Shown here piece by piece: positions 12,246 to 24,870 of a stretch of DNA of 64,000 nt. Location: the NCBI GenBank assembly GCA_012295275.1, contig CM022671.1, positions 14,632,001 to 14,696,000 on the forward strand, read 5' to 3'. The DNA comes from Chrysomallon squamiferum (lineage: Eukaryota > Animalia > Mollusca). The number at the start of each line of letters is the position of its first letter. The first letter of the stretch is position 1. Below the pieces are notes generated by a model that was not told the origin of the DNA, did not search any database, and worked only from the letters and a program-made list of their open reading frames with translations. The translations under genes and the position numbers were made by a program.

Positions 12246-13709
12246 ATGGCAAACTTATGTTCGACTCTTCAAGCTCTGCATAAAAACATCCTAAGTGATT
12301 CTGATTCTGAATCAGAGACTCAGAACGGCATCGGATTATCAACACTTCCCCATCATACACAGCGCCGTAGTGTGAGTTCTTCGAGTGACGGAAGTTTTGT
12401 TCATTCTGTTAAACTGAACAGCAGACTGAAACAACAAAAGATCAGCAGTACAAGTGACACATCTTTGACGAGCGATTCGAGAACCCGAGAAAGGGTTAAC
12501 GAAGGCAGCAGTAGAGAGATCCCACAGACGAAAGCAGACGTAATTCTTTCGATGAAGTGTTTGTTCCACTGACAAATAAATGTGGTCGTCAGTGCTTTTC
12601 AGGACCGGTGTACATCAGGTGCAGATGTTGTGGACGACTTAAAAAACCAGGAGCCAAAAGCCAGAATGAGGTATTACAGTCTGGGACAGCGCAGTCAAAA
12701 TCCTGCAGAAACGGCTCTTCTGTTCAAACAGCTGACAGTATCGAGGACGACAAACCGCCACCCATTCCAGAACGAAGACCTATTATAAAAACAAAACCTG
12801 ACACTTTTCAGCCGACACAAATTAACAAAAACGACTTCTTGCGTTATAAACCCGAGAAACACATCACTTTCAGTGATGTCATAAACAATAATGCCACTAC
12901 AGATGCTGGCAGGAAGACGACTGATTTCAGTATAGAAAATCGTTTATCTGCGTGGGCAGAACGAACACGTACAACATATTATAACTCCTTAAACGTGTCC
13001 CCTGCTGAAACAGACGCAAGAAAACTTCCACGTTACGAAGGTATAATTTTCACACACACACACACACACGCACACACTCTTTCTTAAATCGATTAAATTA
13101 AACATTAGAATGTGTTGCACTGGTTTCATGTTCAATGCATTTATCTAATATTAAGGATATTTGTATATTATGTATATTGTATATATCTATATATGTAAGT
13201 ATGTGCGTATGTATGTATAAGAAAACAGATTTATTTTATTTCTATGCATATTATAAATGCTTCTAAATAAACTAGACCTGCTATTATTACCACAGTCATC
13301 ACTGCTACTACTACCACTACTACTACCACCACCACAATAGTAGTAGTAGTAGTAATAGTAGTAATTGTAATACCATTACTTTTTGTCCTTTTCGATTTCT
13401 TCTATATATTGTCACCACCATCATTACGTAAAATATTGTACAATCGATGCTTGATGTAAAACATCCTTAACTTATTTCATAGATCTCATTGGTGCAAGAA
13501 CATTCGGTTTCCAAACGGAAGCTAAAGGGAATTCACTGAATGACTATAGAGAAGAAAGCCGTGACTCGCCTGTGCTGCCAAGCTTGAAATGGGAATCACT
13601 TTCTCCTGATCCTCCTGACACATTTGACAGAGAAAAAATTGTTGTAACTGAATCCTCGTCTGCACTGAACGAACATTCTAAGAAAACTGTTGTTGAATAT
13701 TTGGTGTGA
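12246..13709 (+). CDS. Uncharacterised Ser/Thr-rich disordered protein (two exons, apparent frameshift near 12515)
   Basis: ORF 12246- joins the 12515-13040 frame if one GA is removed from gtagagagat. Donor G|gtataa at 13040 and acceptor ttcatag| at 13483 give an in-phase 75-codon open exon ending ...KKTVVEYLV* (13709). AATAAA at 13778. Confidence 0.65.
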
Positions 13710-14061
13710 AAAGTTTTGCAGCATATTTATTTTTATTTAACAAGGAATTTGCGCAGACAGTATATTAATTTATTCTAAATAAAGAATTTTCACAGGAAAT
13801 ACATGAGTTTTAATTCTAATTTTTATTCCCATTTTGTTGGAGCACATCGAGTTTTCCGATACTTTGCAGATACATATGTCAGCTGTATCCATATTACTAT
13901 CAAAGGCTTTGTTAGCAGAGTTAAAAGGCAATAATAATTTTGATTTGTGTTATCTAATAGACAGATTATTCTGACTTAATAATATTGAAATTACATTCGT
14001 CTTTCGTTTTGTTTAAAAAGAATAGTATAACAAGAAATTAGGTTTAAAGCTATTATTCGTA

Positions 14062-14320
14062 ATTTGTATTCATTCTTTAATCCTTTAATATGACGCACGC
14101 ACGCACACAGACACACTCACATACCCATAACTTCTCATGAGACCTCAGTACATTAATGTGACTACCATTTCATAATAGCTATGATTCATGATTTGTATTC
14201 ATTCTTTAATCCTTTAATATGACCAGTATTTTTGATAACACACCCACACACATGTAACTTTTAATGAGTCTTTAATCCATTAATATGACTAATTAGTTCA
14301 TGATTGCTATTACAGATAAT
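14062..14320. repeat. Degenerate ~130-bp tandem duplication
   Basis: atttgtattcattctttaatcctttaatatgac occurs at ~14062 and ~14191 with related downstream sequence. Confidence 0.7.
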
Positions 14321-14423
14321 TAATGAATGTCCAGTTATAAATGTAAAATCAACTTTCCATTCGTTATTTCCTCAATAAAGGTTGTTATTTTCGTAAACCC
14401 TAAATGTATAAAGGCTGCGACAA

Positions 14424-14786
<363 letters not shown>

Positions 14787-15203
14787 AAGGGGGGGGGGTT
14801 GTTGTATTTTTTAAATCGTGAGTTTTGGGTTATTTTCTTTTGCGCACTGATTTCTAAAATTTGTTATTACATTTGAAAACCCGTAGAAAAATGTTATATT
14901 ATTAATAACACAAATAAATAAATTTCTCTTTCGCCGATTCAAAACACACACAGACGCACACACACACACACCCAATGCTAATCGTAACTAAATTCTTCAA
15001 ACAGCCTTGATATAAATAGAAATGATGACGTCACAGATAAATGACGTGATTTATATTAGGTAAATCACCTAAAGAACAGCAAACAACATCGTGGGTGTAA
15101 AATCGTGAGTTGGAACTAAAATTACTTTCTTGGTGAGATTTACATACACTATACCCTCCACATTTCGATTTTAACACAAATACTGCGCTACAGATGGAAT
15201 CAA

Positions 15204-16502
15204 ATGAACATAACACCACAGAGGATATGTCTATTAATTCTGATTACGCATATATATTTATTTCGCACGTCTGATGCGCCGCATGGCACTGAAACAAAAG
15301 ATAACGATTTTCCCGTTGATAAAACTAAATTTGACCAGATTTCACAAATAACTTACAGATCAGTCAAGACAGCATTGTTTAATGACTGGCGTATCCAGTT
15401 CTATAATAGTTCAGTGAACAAATCTGAATATGATCAAAACCAAACATTCATTTTAGCAAACAAAAGAAAAAAAAGATCCATTGATTACAGAACCGCATTT
15501 CAAATTATTGGAGTTTTCTTGGCAATGCACAAGTATTTTGAAACCGACAGGAGAAAGCAAGGTAAATTCAGAACCTTTTTTCGAGGATTTCCCTCACCAC
15601 CGTTCATGCACCCGGACCTTCAGAAAACGTGTGGTAGAGGTTTTCACGTATGTGTTGAGGAACTGTTTAAGATGAGCAAAATGAACAGACGTTTGAGTAA
15701 GCTTATTGCCACAAGATTCACTAATTTACCCGACTGGCAAGATTATGCTTCAGAGAAAGAAACTGAAAATTATTTTTATCCCCTGGCTAGCTGGATGGAG
15801 TATTTTGCATACAAGACAACTGCAAGCTACTTCATGTGCTGGTACACAATGATGAAGGAACATCAGCTGGCACATTTCATGGATGGAAGAAACTGCCTGT
15901 ATTTTTTAAACCTGGCAGGACTTGGAGAAGTCGTCGATTTCAGATCTGATAAAAAACCGTTTCAGTGCGCAATGATACTCTTCTGCCCCGACCCCTGTTA
16001 CGGCAGAAACGACAACGGTAATTTGTACACGCCGGGCCACATCGCCACAGACAAGGGCAACCCGTGCCGCAGGTTCAGAAACAAAACCTGCAAGGTCATC
16101 CCTGATGACAACAACGACTTCCTGGGTCTGTTATGGAACAAATTCAATGTGACCTGCAGCTGCCTGGGTAAAGGTCGGGGATTTAAATACGATTCACGTA
16201 ACCAGAAGTGTGTCGACATTAATGAATGCGCCGAAAAACGACATCCTTGTAGCAATGGCAAAGTCTGCATAAATTTTATTGGCGGATATGCATGCACGTG
16301 CAGGAAAGGATATAAATTTAACATGGACGCGCAAATGTGTGAAACACCAGAAGAAACCAAAATTCGCGAAATGAATCGTTTAAAGCGACAAAAAGGAATA
16401 AATGCTGCAAATAATGTATTTGTTAACGATATACTGTTTATTGCAGTATTAAGTCATTCATTTGTAGATTCGTTGGTATGGCTATTGAAACAATGTCATT
16501 AA
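15204..16502 (+). CDS. Intronless secreted/membrane-anchored Cys-rich protein with EGF-like and calcium-binding EGF domains
   Basis: 432-aa ORF: N-terminal hydrophobic signal, furin-type RKKR site, Cys-rich middle (YFMCWYTM, FQCAMILFCPDPC), cbEGF consensus DINECAEKRHPCSNGKVCINFIGGYACTCRKGY, hydrophobic C-terminus. AATAAA at ~16531; CRE TGACGTCA at ~15026. Confidence 0.85.
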   Translation: MNITPQRICLLILITHIYLFRTSDAPHGTETKDNDFPVDKTKFDQISQITYRSVKTALFNDWRIQFYNSSVNKSEYDQNQTFILANKRKKRSIDYRTAFQIIGVFLAMHKYFETDRRKQGKFRTFFRGFPSPPFMHPDLQKTCGRGFHVCVEELFKMSKMNRRLSKLIATRFTNLPDWQDYASEKETENYFYPLASWMEYFAYKTTASYFMCWYTMMKEHQLAHFMDGRNCLYFLNLAGLGEVVDFRSDKKPFQCAMILFCPDPCYGRNDNGNLYTPGHIATDKGNPCRRFRNKTCKVIPDDNNDFLGLLWNKFNVTCSCLGKGRGFKYDSRNQKCVDINECAEKRHPCSNGKVCINFIGGYACTCRKGYKFNMDAQMCETPEETKIREMNRLKRQKGINAANNVFVNDILFIAVLSHSFVDSLVWLLKQCH

Positions 16503-16537
16503 ATATTTCATTATCACCAATTTTTAAATTAATAAAA

Positions 16538-16582
<45 letters not shown>

Positions 16583-18146
16583 GCTTCAATGGGAACTAAA
16601 ACTCATGCGAACAAATCAAAAAGCTAATTACCATTCATTATCAGTGGTTAATAAACAACTTCAATCAATCATTTACATACACATGTACCATCATCTAACA
16701 ATATTAAGTCGGTTTAAGATTTTGTACCACAACAAAAACAAAACGGTACTAAAATCAATACAAAAGATTGATTCTTTTTAGTTCATATGTATGTAGATAG
16801 TGATGACACTGTTATTTTTCTTTTTCTCAAAATGTTATTCTAATGGCGTTACATTCTCAGAGTTCTTGCTAACGACACATTTGTATTCTACTGTTTAACT
16901 AGCGAAGACAATCCAAGCCATGTGAATATCAGTTTGTTTCTCAAGGGAAATAAATCCTTGGTGATTAATTAGCATAGCTTTGATGTCGTTAGACTTTATT
17001 CAGGTCAGTTTTAATGACGTCTGTAGAAATTGCACTCGGTACATTTTGGTAATGAAATGAAGAAAACTATTTTCCTTGCTATTTTGCAAAGTTTATGTAT
17101 CTAATTTTGTGATAATGCGTTCAGAATTCAATAAAGAGGCAGTTTGTGTGCTGTTTATTGTTTGTATAATTTTATTTTGTTTTGGAAGGAAGAGGGAGGC
17201 AGTCACACACACACACACACAAACACAAACACACATACAGATACAGAATGACACACACCAAAAAACATGTCAGGCGAGGTAAGCACTGAAAACCCCCACA
17301 TTTAGTCATGTATAAACCAAAAATATTTTTCTGTATTTGAAACAGAGGCAGAGCAAGATTCTATTATAGACTGTACTTATAACTTGTATACCTACAATGG
17401 TACTTTTTGTTTATTCAAATATTAATACTGTAAAATCTAAAATATTAAAACTGATATTAACAAATTATCAGATTAATAAATGCAACCAAATAAAATTGAA
17501 ATTTTTTTTTTTAAAAATAATTTAAATAAAAGTAAGGAAAAATTAAGAAAAATGATAAATGCTTATGCAACAATTTTTTTATTTAATAACAATGAGCATT
17601 ACTACATATAACAAATATTACAACTAAAAATAGAAACCAATGTTGCTTTAGACAAATGAAAATCAATACCTTCAATGGAATATTGGTCGTAAGTAATTAA
17701 CTTAAAAATATATATATTAATTTGCTAAGTAACACAACCCTGCAAAACTAAACAATGTTTGATTTTCACACCTGTCATCGTAAAGACAAATGACAATGAA
17801 AACAAAATTAATTAAATATCTGATAACTTTTGATTGAATAATATGTTTCATTGTAAAAATGCTTGAAAACAGAAAAATATAAAAAATAAACCCAACAAAA
17901 TAATAACAATAATAAACAAATAAATATATATGTAGATAAATATAAAATAAATAATACTAATAATGATGATAATAAATAAATAAATAAATAAATATAATTT
18001 TTCAAAAGTTTAAAAAGAAAAGAAAAGAACATAAACAAAAAAGAAAAATGTTAATTATGTTAACATTGAATCACTTTATTTAATTTATATGTTAAACATG
18101 ATGACAAAACTGTTATAAAGTGTGTATGTGTACATATGTAAGTGTG

Positions 18147-18184
<38 letters not shown>

Positions 18185-19101
18185 TTTTGTATCTCCATAA
18201 GAGAGTATATCTTATTTCAGATAAAATAAAACGTTTTTCTAAATGTAATTTCTTATTCTGAAATTAATTCAATATTGTTATTTTTTTTATTTTTTATATC
18301 TTATGTTAACAATGAAAATCAAACAACAATAACAAATAAATAAATTCATAAATAAATATGACATTTCATAATAATAAATAATAAATGAAAAAAAAAAACA
18401 CATTAAAAATAAATAAATAAAAATTAGAAATAAAATAAAAAAAAATAATTATTAAATAAAACAAAAAGAAAATATCAAAACATAATGGAATGAAATTTAA
18501 AAAAAAATAAATGTGAAAGGTAAAGAAATAAATAAATAAAAATATAAATTTCAAAAGTTAATGGATTTCCCTTCAAAGCAGGGATAAAATATTTAGAAAT
18601 ATAAACATAATCATCAGTTAACTACATGGCATCAATAACTGTAGAAACAGGAATACATTTTTACTTACACACTAAGATGAGTTTCGAAATGGATCTTACT
18701 AGTCTACTTCAAACGTTCATATAATAAATTATTATTATTACTGAAAAATTGGATTTATCATTAAGTTCTCATCACTAGAATATTAAATTCTATATGACGA
18801 TGTTTCAAAATTTAATATAACAAACAAATTTATGGTTTTTTTTGTCTTTTAAATTTGAAATACAATGATATTAATCTGAAAAACTATTCAAAATAATCAA
18901 GTAAAAAAAAAAAAAAAAAGAACAAAAAAAACCAACAAACAAACGATAAATAAATAAAAAAATAAAATAAATTAGGGACCAGGTGTCTCTCATTACCTGT
19001 ATATCTAGTAAAATACTTTATTACATTTCCCCTTTTCAGAAAACTTTTAAATTAATTCCTGGACCAAAATGATATAAAGATGTTTACTTTAAGTGTGTGT
19101 G

Positions 19102-19156
<55 letters not shown>

Positions 19157-20225
19157 TATTCATGTATGTGCTGAACAATTGCTTCAAAACAACATTTGCA
19201 ACAGTATGCATTATTTTTCAGAACAATAAACACATATTCAATCAAATATGAATACAAAGGAACAATGAAACAAATTTTCTCGCTGATAATTGATACTGTC
19301 ATACATACACATTAATTGTTATAATAAATTGCACTTCTATTATGAGACAACATCTCCAGCAGAGAGCAAAACATGAAATCATTGTTAAACACATACTGTT
19401 TTCTGCAGCAAAAAGTATTAAAGATAAAAAAAAAAAAATAATGATAACAATAAAGAAAACCTCCTAAAAATCTCACTTCCAGAATGCTTTTCATGAAATA
19501 TTTGACACGTTAATTCCTGGTAATAATAAATCATATGCAATATAAATTACATTAAAAAAATAAAATTATAATAATAAAAATAAAATTATAATAATAAAAA
19601 TAAAATAAAATAAACTATCTATTTATTTTAAAGTCACTTCAAAAACAAACACACTGAGACTCTTTGGTGACTAGTTCTAAACTATTCTGAGGAATATACT
19701 AATATCTACACATACATATGGATTAACTTAAAAATATGTTTGTATGTATTTTTGTACATGAAGAAATCTATTCCCAAATGCCCTCAGTCCATTTACATTC
19801 AACTTGATATTTGATTGGAAGTATTTATTAACATGACTTTTTCTTTGATTATTTCTTCTGTCACAGAAGGCACTCATTAGTTTATAACATCTTAACATGA
19901 GTACTGTCACAAAATGAAAACAGGAAAGATCTCTTCATGCATTGAATAGAAAATGAGATCAGTGCATTTTCAAACAGTACGTTTTAACTAAAGCAAATTT
20001 AGTAATTTAGTTTGAATTTACCCTAAAAATCAATCACAATAAAATCATAACAAAACAATACAGCAAATGAACAACTTACAACTTGGCGTTTTGTTTAAAC
20101 TGATTTTCAAACTCATTTGTGGACTTGTTAGTCAAGTGAGTGTCTACATTAATAATCATCTTCCTAAACTACACTGAAAAAAAATACAACACAAAAAAAA
20201 AGAAAAAAAAAGGAAACAGACACAC

Positions 20226-20256
<31 letters not shown>

Positions 20257-20840
20257 ATAAATATATAAATAAAGAAAATAAAGAAAATAGTAAAAAAACA
20301 ACAAACAAAAATGCTTTTTTTTAAAAGTTAAAATTTAAACCTTTTAACAATACACAAGTAATTAAGTAGCTGTGTCTTTCAGCTTTACATGTAAAAGGAT
20401 GCAGAAGCTGATGAATATGATCAGTAACAAGTAATATTTTTGATTATTTGTTTGTAACAAAATACCATTGATTCGTTTTACAATTTGATTCCAATATTAG
20501 CCCAAAAGAGCAAATACTGTTTAAATAAAAAAAAAAAAAAAAAATGACTTTATCAAACATGAATGAAAAATGTAGCAATAAAAATGATCATCATCATGAC
20601 TCCAAAATGCAACATTGTTGAATATTGCCATCCAGAATGAGTTATGATATTAATTTTTAATTACCATGCCTACCATTTCAGAATTGTTAAATATATTTTT
20701 TATTCCGAAATATTCATCAATATTTAATATTTTCATTTAGCCAGCAGTAAAGAGAAAATTTAATAGTACCAACAAGTACAAACACTACTCTCAACAATCA
20801 AGAATAATTAAAATGCTGCTTCTAAAATAAAACATTATAA

Positions 20841-21397
20841 TCAGTGATGTGATGTTTTATTATCTATACTTGTTTTTGAATTTACGCTTTTTAAACCTAC
20901 TTGTTGATTGCTTGGAGACTTACTTAAAATATCTTTCTCACGTTTTAGCCAAAAATGGTAATTTTTCTGAACATGGATGGTGTTATCAGCCACTTCTGTG
21001 TCTGCATCTCCGTAGTTTGGAGGATTCGCTTCTGGGTCATATCCGAGGACCTTCAACATGGGTGCTATAGTTGCCATTTCCCTGACAACGTCATCTGGAA
21101 TATGTCCTACCCATTTTGACAAGGCTTGAAGGTTTACAGGTTTGATGACTTGATCAGTAGACTTTTCAGACCTAAAACAAAGAGAAAGAAGGAAAAAAAA
21201 AAACCCCAACAAAACAAACAGTTTTGAGATGAAAACAGTGACTAATAATATGAATGGTTATTATAAACAGGACTGGCTTTCAACATATAGGCAACTGTTT
21301 TGAGCTTTGAGGTATGAAAAGATCTTCAAAAAAGCTAAGAACATTTAAGATTTCAATTTTTTTTAATGTATTGTAAACTATATTTAAGAAATCATGT

Positions 21398-21449
<52 letters not shown>

Positions 21450-22689
21450 TTATATATAGTGAATTTTAAGTGAAGAAACTAATATTTTCCAATGAAACAA
21501 ATTCAGTAACCCCATACATATAATCTTTTATTTTAACATGCAACATCAGTTAACAAGAAAGCAGAAACTGAACAACAATTTTTTTTTATGATTTTAAAAT
21601 TTAAATGAACTAGAATTTAAAATGTATTAATATGTATTCAGTTTCCATATTTAATTCCATACTAAATTTTAAAAAAATATAATAATAATAACCTTTTTAT
21701 ACTCTAACCCTTATGTATATATATATAAAAAAAAATAATAATAATAAAAAATAACGAATCCAAAAAAAAAAAGAAGAAATTTATAAATAGATAAATAGAA
21801 AAACAACAGGCCTTAACCATTATCAGCATATAAAAGAAAAAAGAAAAACTGAAAGCAATAATTACCGTGACAGAGATATGCCACCTTTCTTCCCAATAAA
21901 CTGTTCGTGATGAAGGACAGACTGGTTCCATGGCAAATCCAGAAATCTCAGTATTCGTCTCATCCACAGCTCTGGATGCAGCACAAGCTGTTCGTAGTAA
22001 ATAGGCATGCATCTTTCCTGTCCCACTCGCAGACACTGTCCATACATGAACTCCATTGCCTGGTTCCACTTCTGCAAACACTTCCTGTAACTCTTGAGAT
22101 CAAAGCCGGAGATTGTCACTTTTCGTGTGATTATGGAATAAACGACTGCACGTCCGTCGCGAATTAGAAGTATAAACTTTGCGTTGGGAAACAGTTTGCT
22201 GAGATACACTGTTGACTTCAGAGTGAACGGGTCCTTGTTGCACAGGCGGGGTGCAGCTTCCCCGTGTTTGGCTATGATTTCTAAGATGAAAGACCGGACA
22301 GCTGAGTCGATGACTTCGCCAGTGACTCCTGCCTCCAGCAGACGCAGCTGCTCCGAGCCAGATTTTTCCCACTGCATCCTCATCCCCAGGATCCTAGGAA
22401 TCACCCGCGTTTCCTCACCACACCTGACGTCTGGGTGAGCATCAATCATGGCTCGCATCAGTGTCGTTCCACTCCGAGGCATTCCCCCAATGAAAACAAG
22501 ATCCATGTTTGCATCGTAGGGAATTGCCTGACTGTGTTCATCATAAATGTATTTCACAGGATCTCTAGGTACCATAAACATCTTAGCAGTCTTGTTACAT
22601 GGCAGCATGAAGTAGACAAAAAACATCACAAGGAAACAGAGTAAAGCAGTAAAATAAAACTTCTTCCTCATTGTTGTTCTTAAACTCAT
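20841..22689 (-). CDS. TPST: Protein-tyrosine sulfotransferase
   Basis: Exons 22689-21866 and 21171-20841 (CG|G phase-2 join). Type II TM anchor, PAPS-binding motif [16 protein letters not shown], then [31 protein letters not shown] and LGYDP-ANPPNYG, all characteristic of TPST1/2. Confidence 0.97.
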
Positions 22690-24267
22690 TATGATTTGTG
22701 AATAATTACATCAGCCTTTTACTTATTCACATATGACCAGACAAATATTTTGTAATCATTTCAGCTATATTTTTAATAGTTATCTTTCTGCCAGCTGACA
22801 ACCAATCAGTACTTTTAGTTAATGTTATTCCAGTCACAGTTTACAGTTTCAACACATTTTTTAATTACATAACTAAAACATGGCTTTATGTTTGAAACCG
22901 GCTCCCCATCACACAGTAATCCTGTTTGGAGCGTTACTGCCACTGAGTGTTGTCTGAAGATAAAAAGTGTGTTTGTCATTTCAGCTGGAGGAACTCAATC
23001 TGAAAATCACAAGAGAAAATAATTATTTATTGGTTACTGCTGCCAACAGGTCTTTTGTGCAGATACAGCGAGACAATTCAACTTGATCACAGGTTCCAGC
23101 TTACAACATGAGTTAACAAAAAAAAAAAATATAAAAAAAAACCCACCCAAAAAATGAAATAAATCAAGAAATCAACTATAGAAGAAACAATATCAGGTTA
23201 ATTCTAGAAAACTGTAAATTAATTAAGGCTGTTTAAAGAGGCATCAAGCATGATTTAATAAAATATGCCCTATTTTTATTATAATTAAATAAACATTAAT
23301 GATGCTCATAAACAGTCCATCAGCAAGATCCCTAAATGTGAAGTATAGCGAGATTTAACTTTCCCAACATTTTTTTGTTACATGAATAAATGTACCACAG
23401 ACTTGAACAAACATTTTCCAAATGTTGCTACATAGCCTTCATGTATCCTATTCTGATTATGTTATTTCCATCTGCATCAGATGATTCTGGCATTGTAACA
23501 GGCTGGGTGGTAATGAGAACACAGGCAAGTGTAATTATTTATTCGTGGAAAAATAAAAAAAAATAAAAAATATAAAACCTGCTTTGCTTGAAGATTTATA
23601 CAGACTTGGTGACTGTAGACTAGATTGAGTGGTGGCAGTTTACAACATAATTTTACTGTGTTTGTATTAGTGTATCCCCTGAAGCATTGGCTGATGTCAG
23701 TGAGGAGTAAAACAAAAAAAATTTATGTAGATATAAATACACAGAGCATTTTTTGGGATTATAAATAGAGACAGCAGTATACTGCTGAACAGTCAAAAAT
23801 ATATATTGTTGTTTTTTTATCAAATTATTCATCTTTAATATTATATTTCTTTTGCAAACATAATATCAGTGACAGATTTTATAATAATTTGTCAAAATAA
23901 TGTGCCAGGAAACAAAAACTGGTTTTGAATGGCTAACAGCTTATGGCTATTATTCATTACGTCATTACAATTGATTACATTTATTTAATAGGACACAATG
24001 CATAAATGTTTGTTCTTAGAAACAGTATAATAAAATAACTGTTATCGTCAAAATAAATAGGAATGTACTTGCTTTGTAATAACACTCTTTCTAGTTAACA
24101 GATGGCATTTTTCATACATCATTTAATCTTATTAAGCACTTATAGCAAACAGAGCTGTCAAATGGAAAATTGCTTTTGTTGCCGATCTGTGAATTTTTCA
24201 TATATATATGAAAAAGAAAGAAAAATATTTAAGAGCAAACTAGGAGCTGTGAAGTGGAACATTTCTC

Positions 24268-24390
24268 TTGTTGCCAATTCATTATTTTTATGCATAATTT
24301 AAAAAAAAATTGTTGCCAGTTCATTATTTTTATGAATAATTAAAAAAAATGGTTGCCAGTTCATTATTTTTATGAATAATTTTTAAAAAA
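24268..24390. repeat. ~42-bp tandem repeat x3
   Basis: ttgttgcca(a/g)ttcattatttttatg(c/a)ataatt..aaaa repeated three times. Confidence 0.85.
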
Positions 24391-24699
24391 AAAACTATTT
24401 AAAAAAAATGGACTAAAACATAATTTTGGGTTGTTTTTTTCATCTGAATTGATGACTAGTTTATTTCTTATCTTCTTTCTCTTATGTATTTTTTTTTTTT
24501 TTTTTCTTTTTCTTATGTTAGTAAAGAGAAATTTTGCAGACACTTATGATATTATTTTGTTTTAAAATCTAAGTAATATATATCTGAGTACAGTGCTGAA
24601 AACTAAAATTACTTATAAAATACATCAAGTTTTATATCTTTCTAAATTATATATATTTTGTTCTGCTGATAACACAAATTACCAAACAATGTATAAGAG

Positions 24700-24870
24700 A
24701 AGACTGTCATTTTTACTTTCTTTTTATGTTTATAACCCATTTTATTAAAACATTTGGCAGTAAATGAATTAATTAAAATACAAAGAGACTGTCATTTTTA
24801 TTTTATTTTATGTTTATGACACATTTTATTTTAAGATTTGGCAATAAATAAATTAATTAATTAAAATACA
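24700..24870. repeat. ~85-bp tandem duplication
   Basis: agactgtcattttta...catttggcagtaaatgaattaattaaaataca present twice with divergence. Confidence 0.75.

Noticed and set aside
12560-12575. Antizyme-type programmed frameshift
   Set aside because: The shift is -1/+2 rather than +1, there is no UCC-UGA site, and the protein does not resemble antizyme.
21704-22644. Overlapping and antisense ORFs in TPST (similarly 15998-16360, 40755-41159, 53114-53863)
   Set aside because: Shadow frames of real coding exons.
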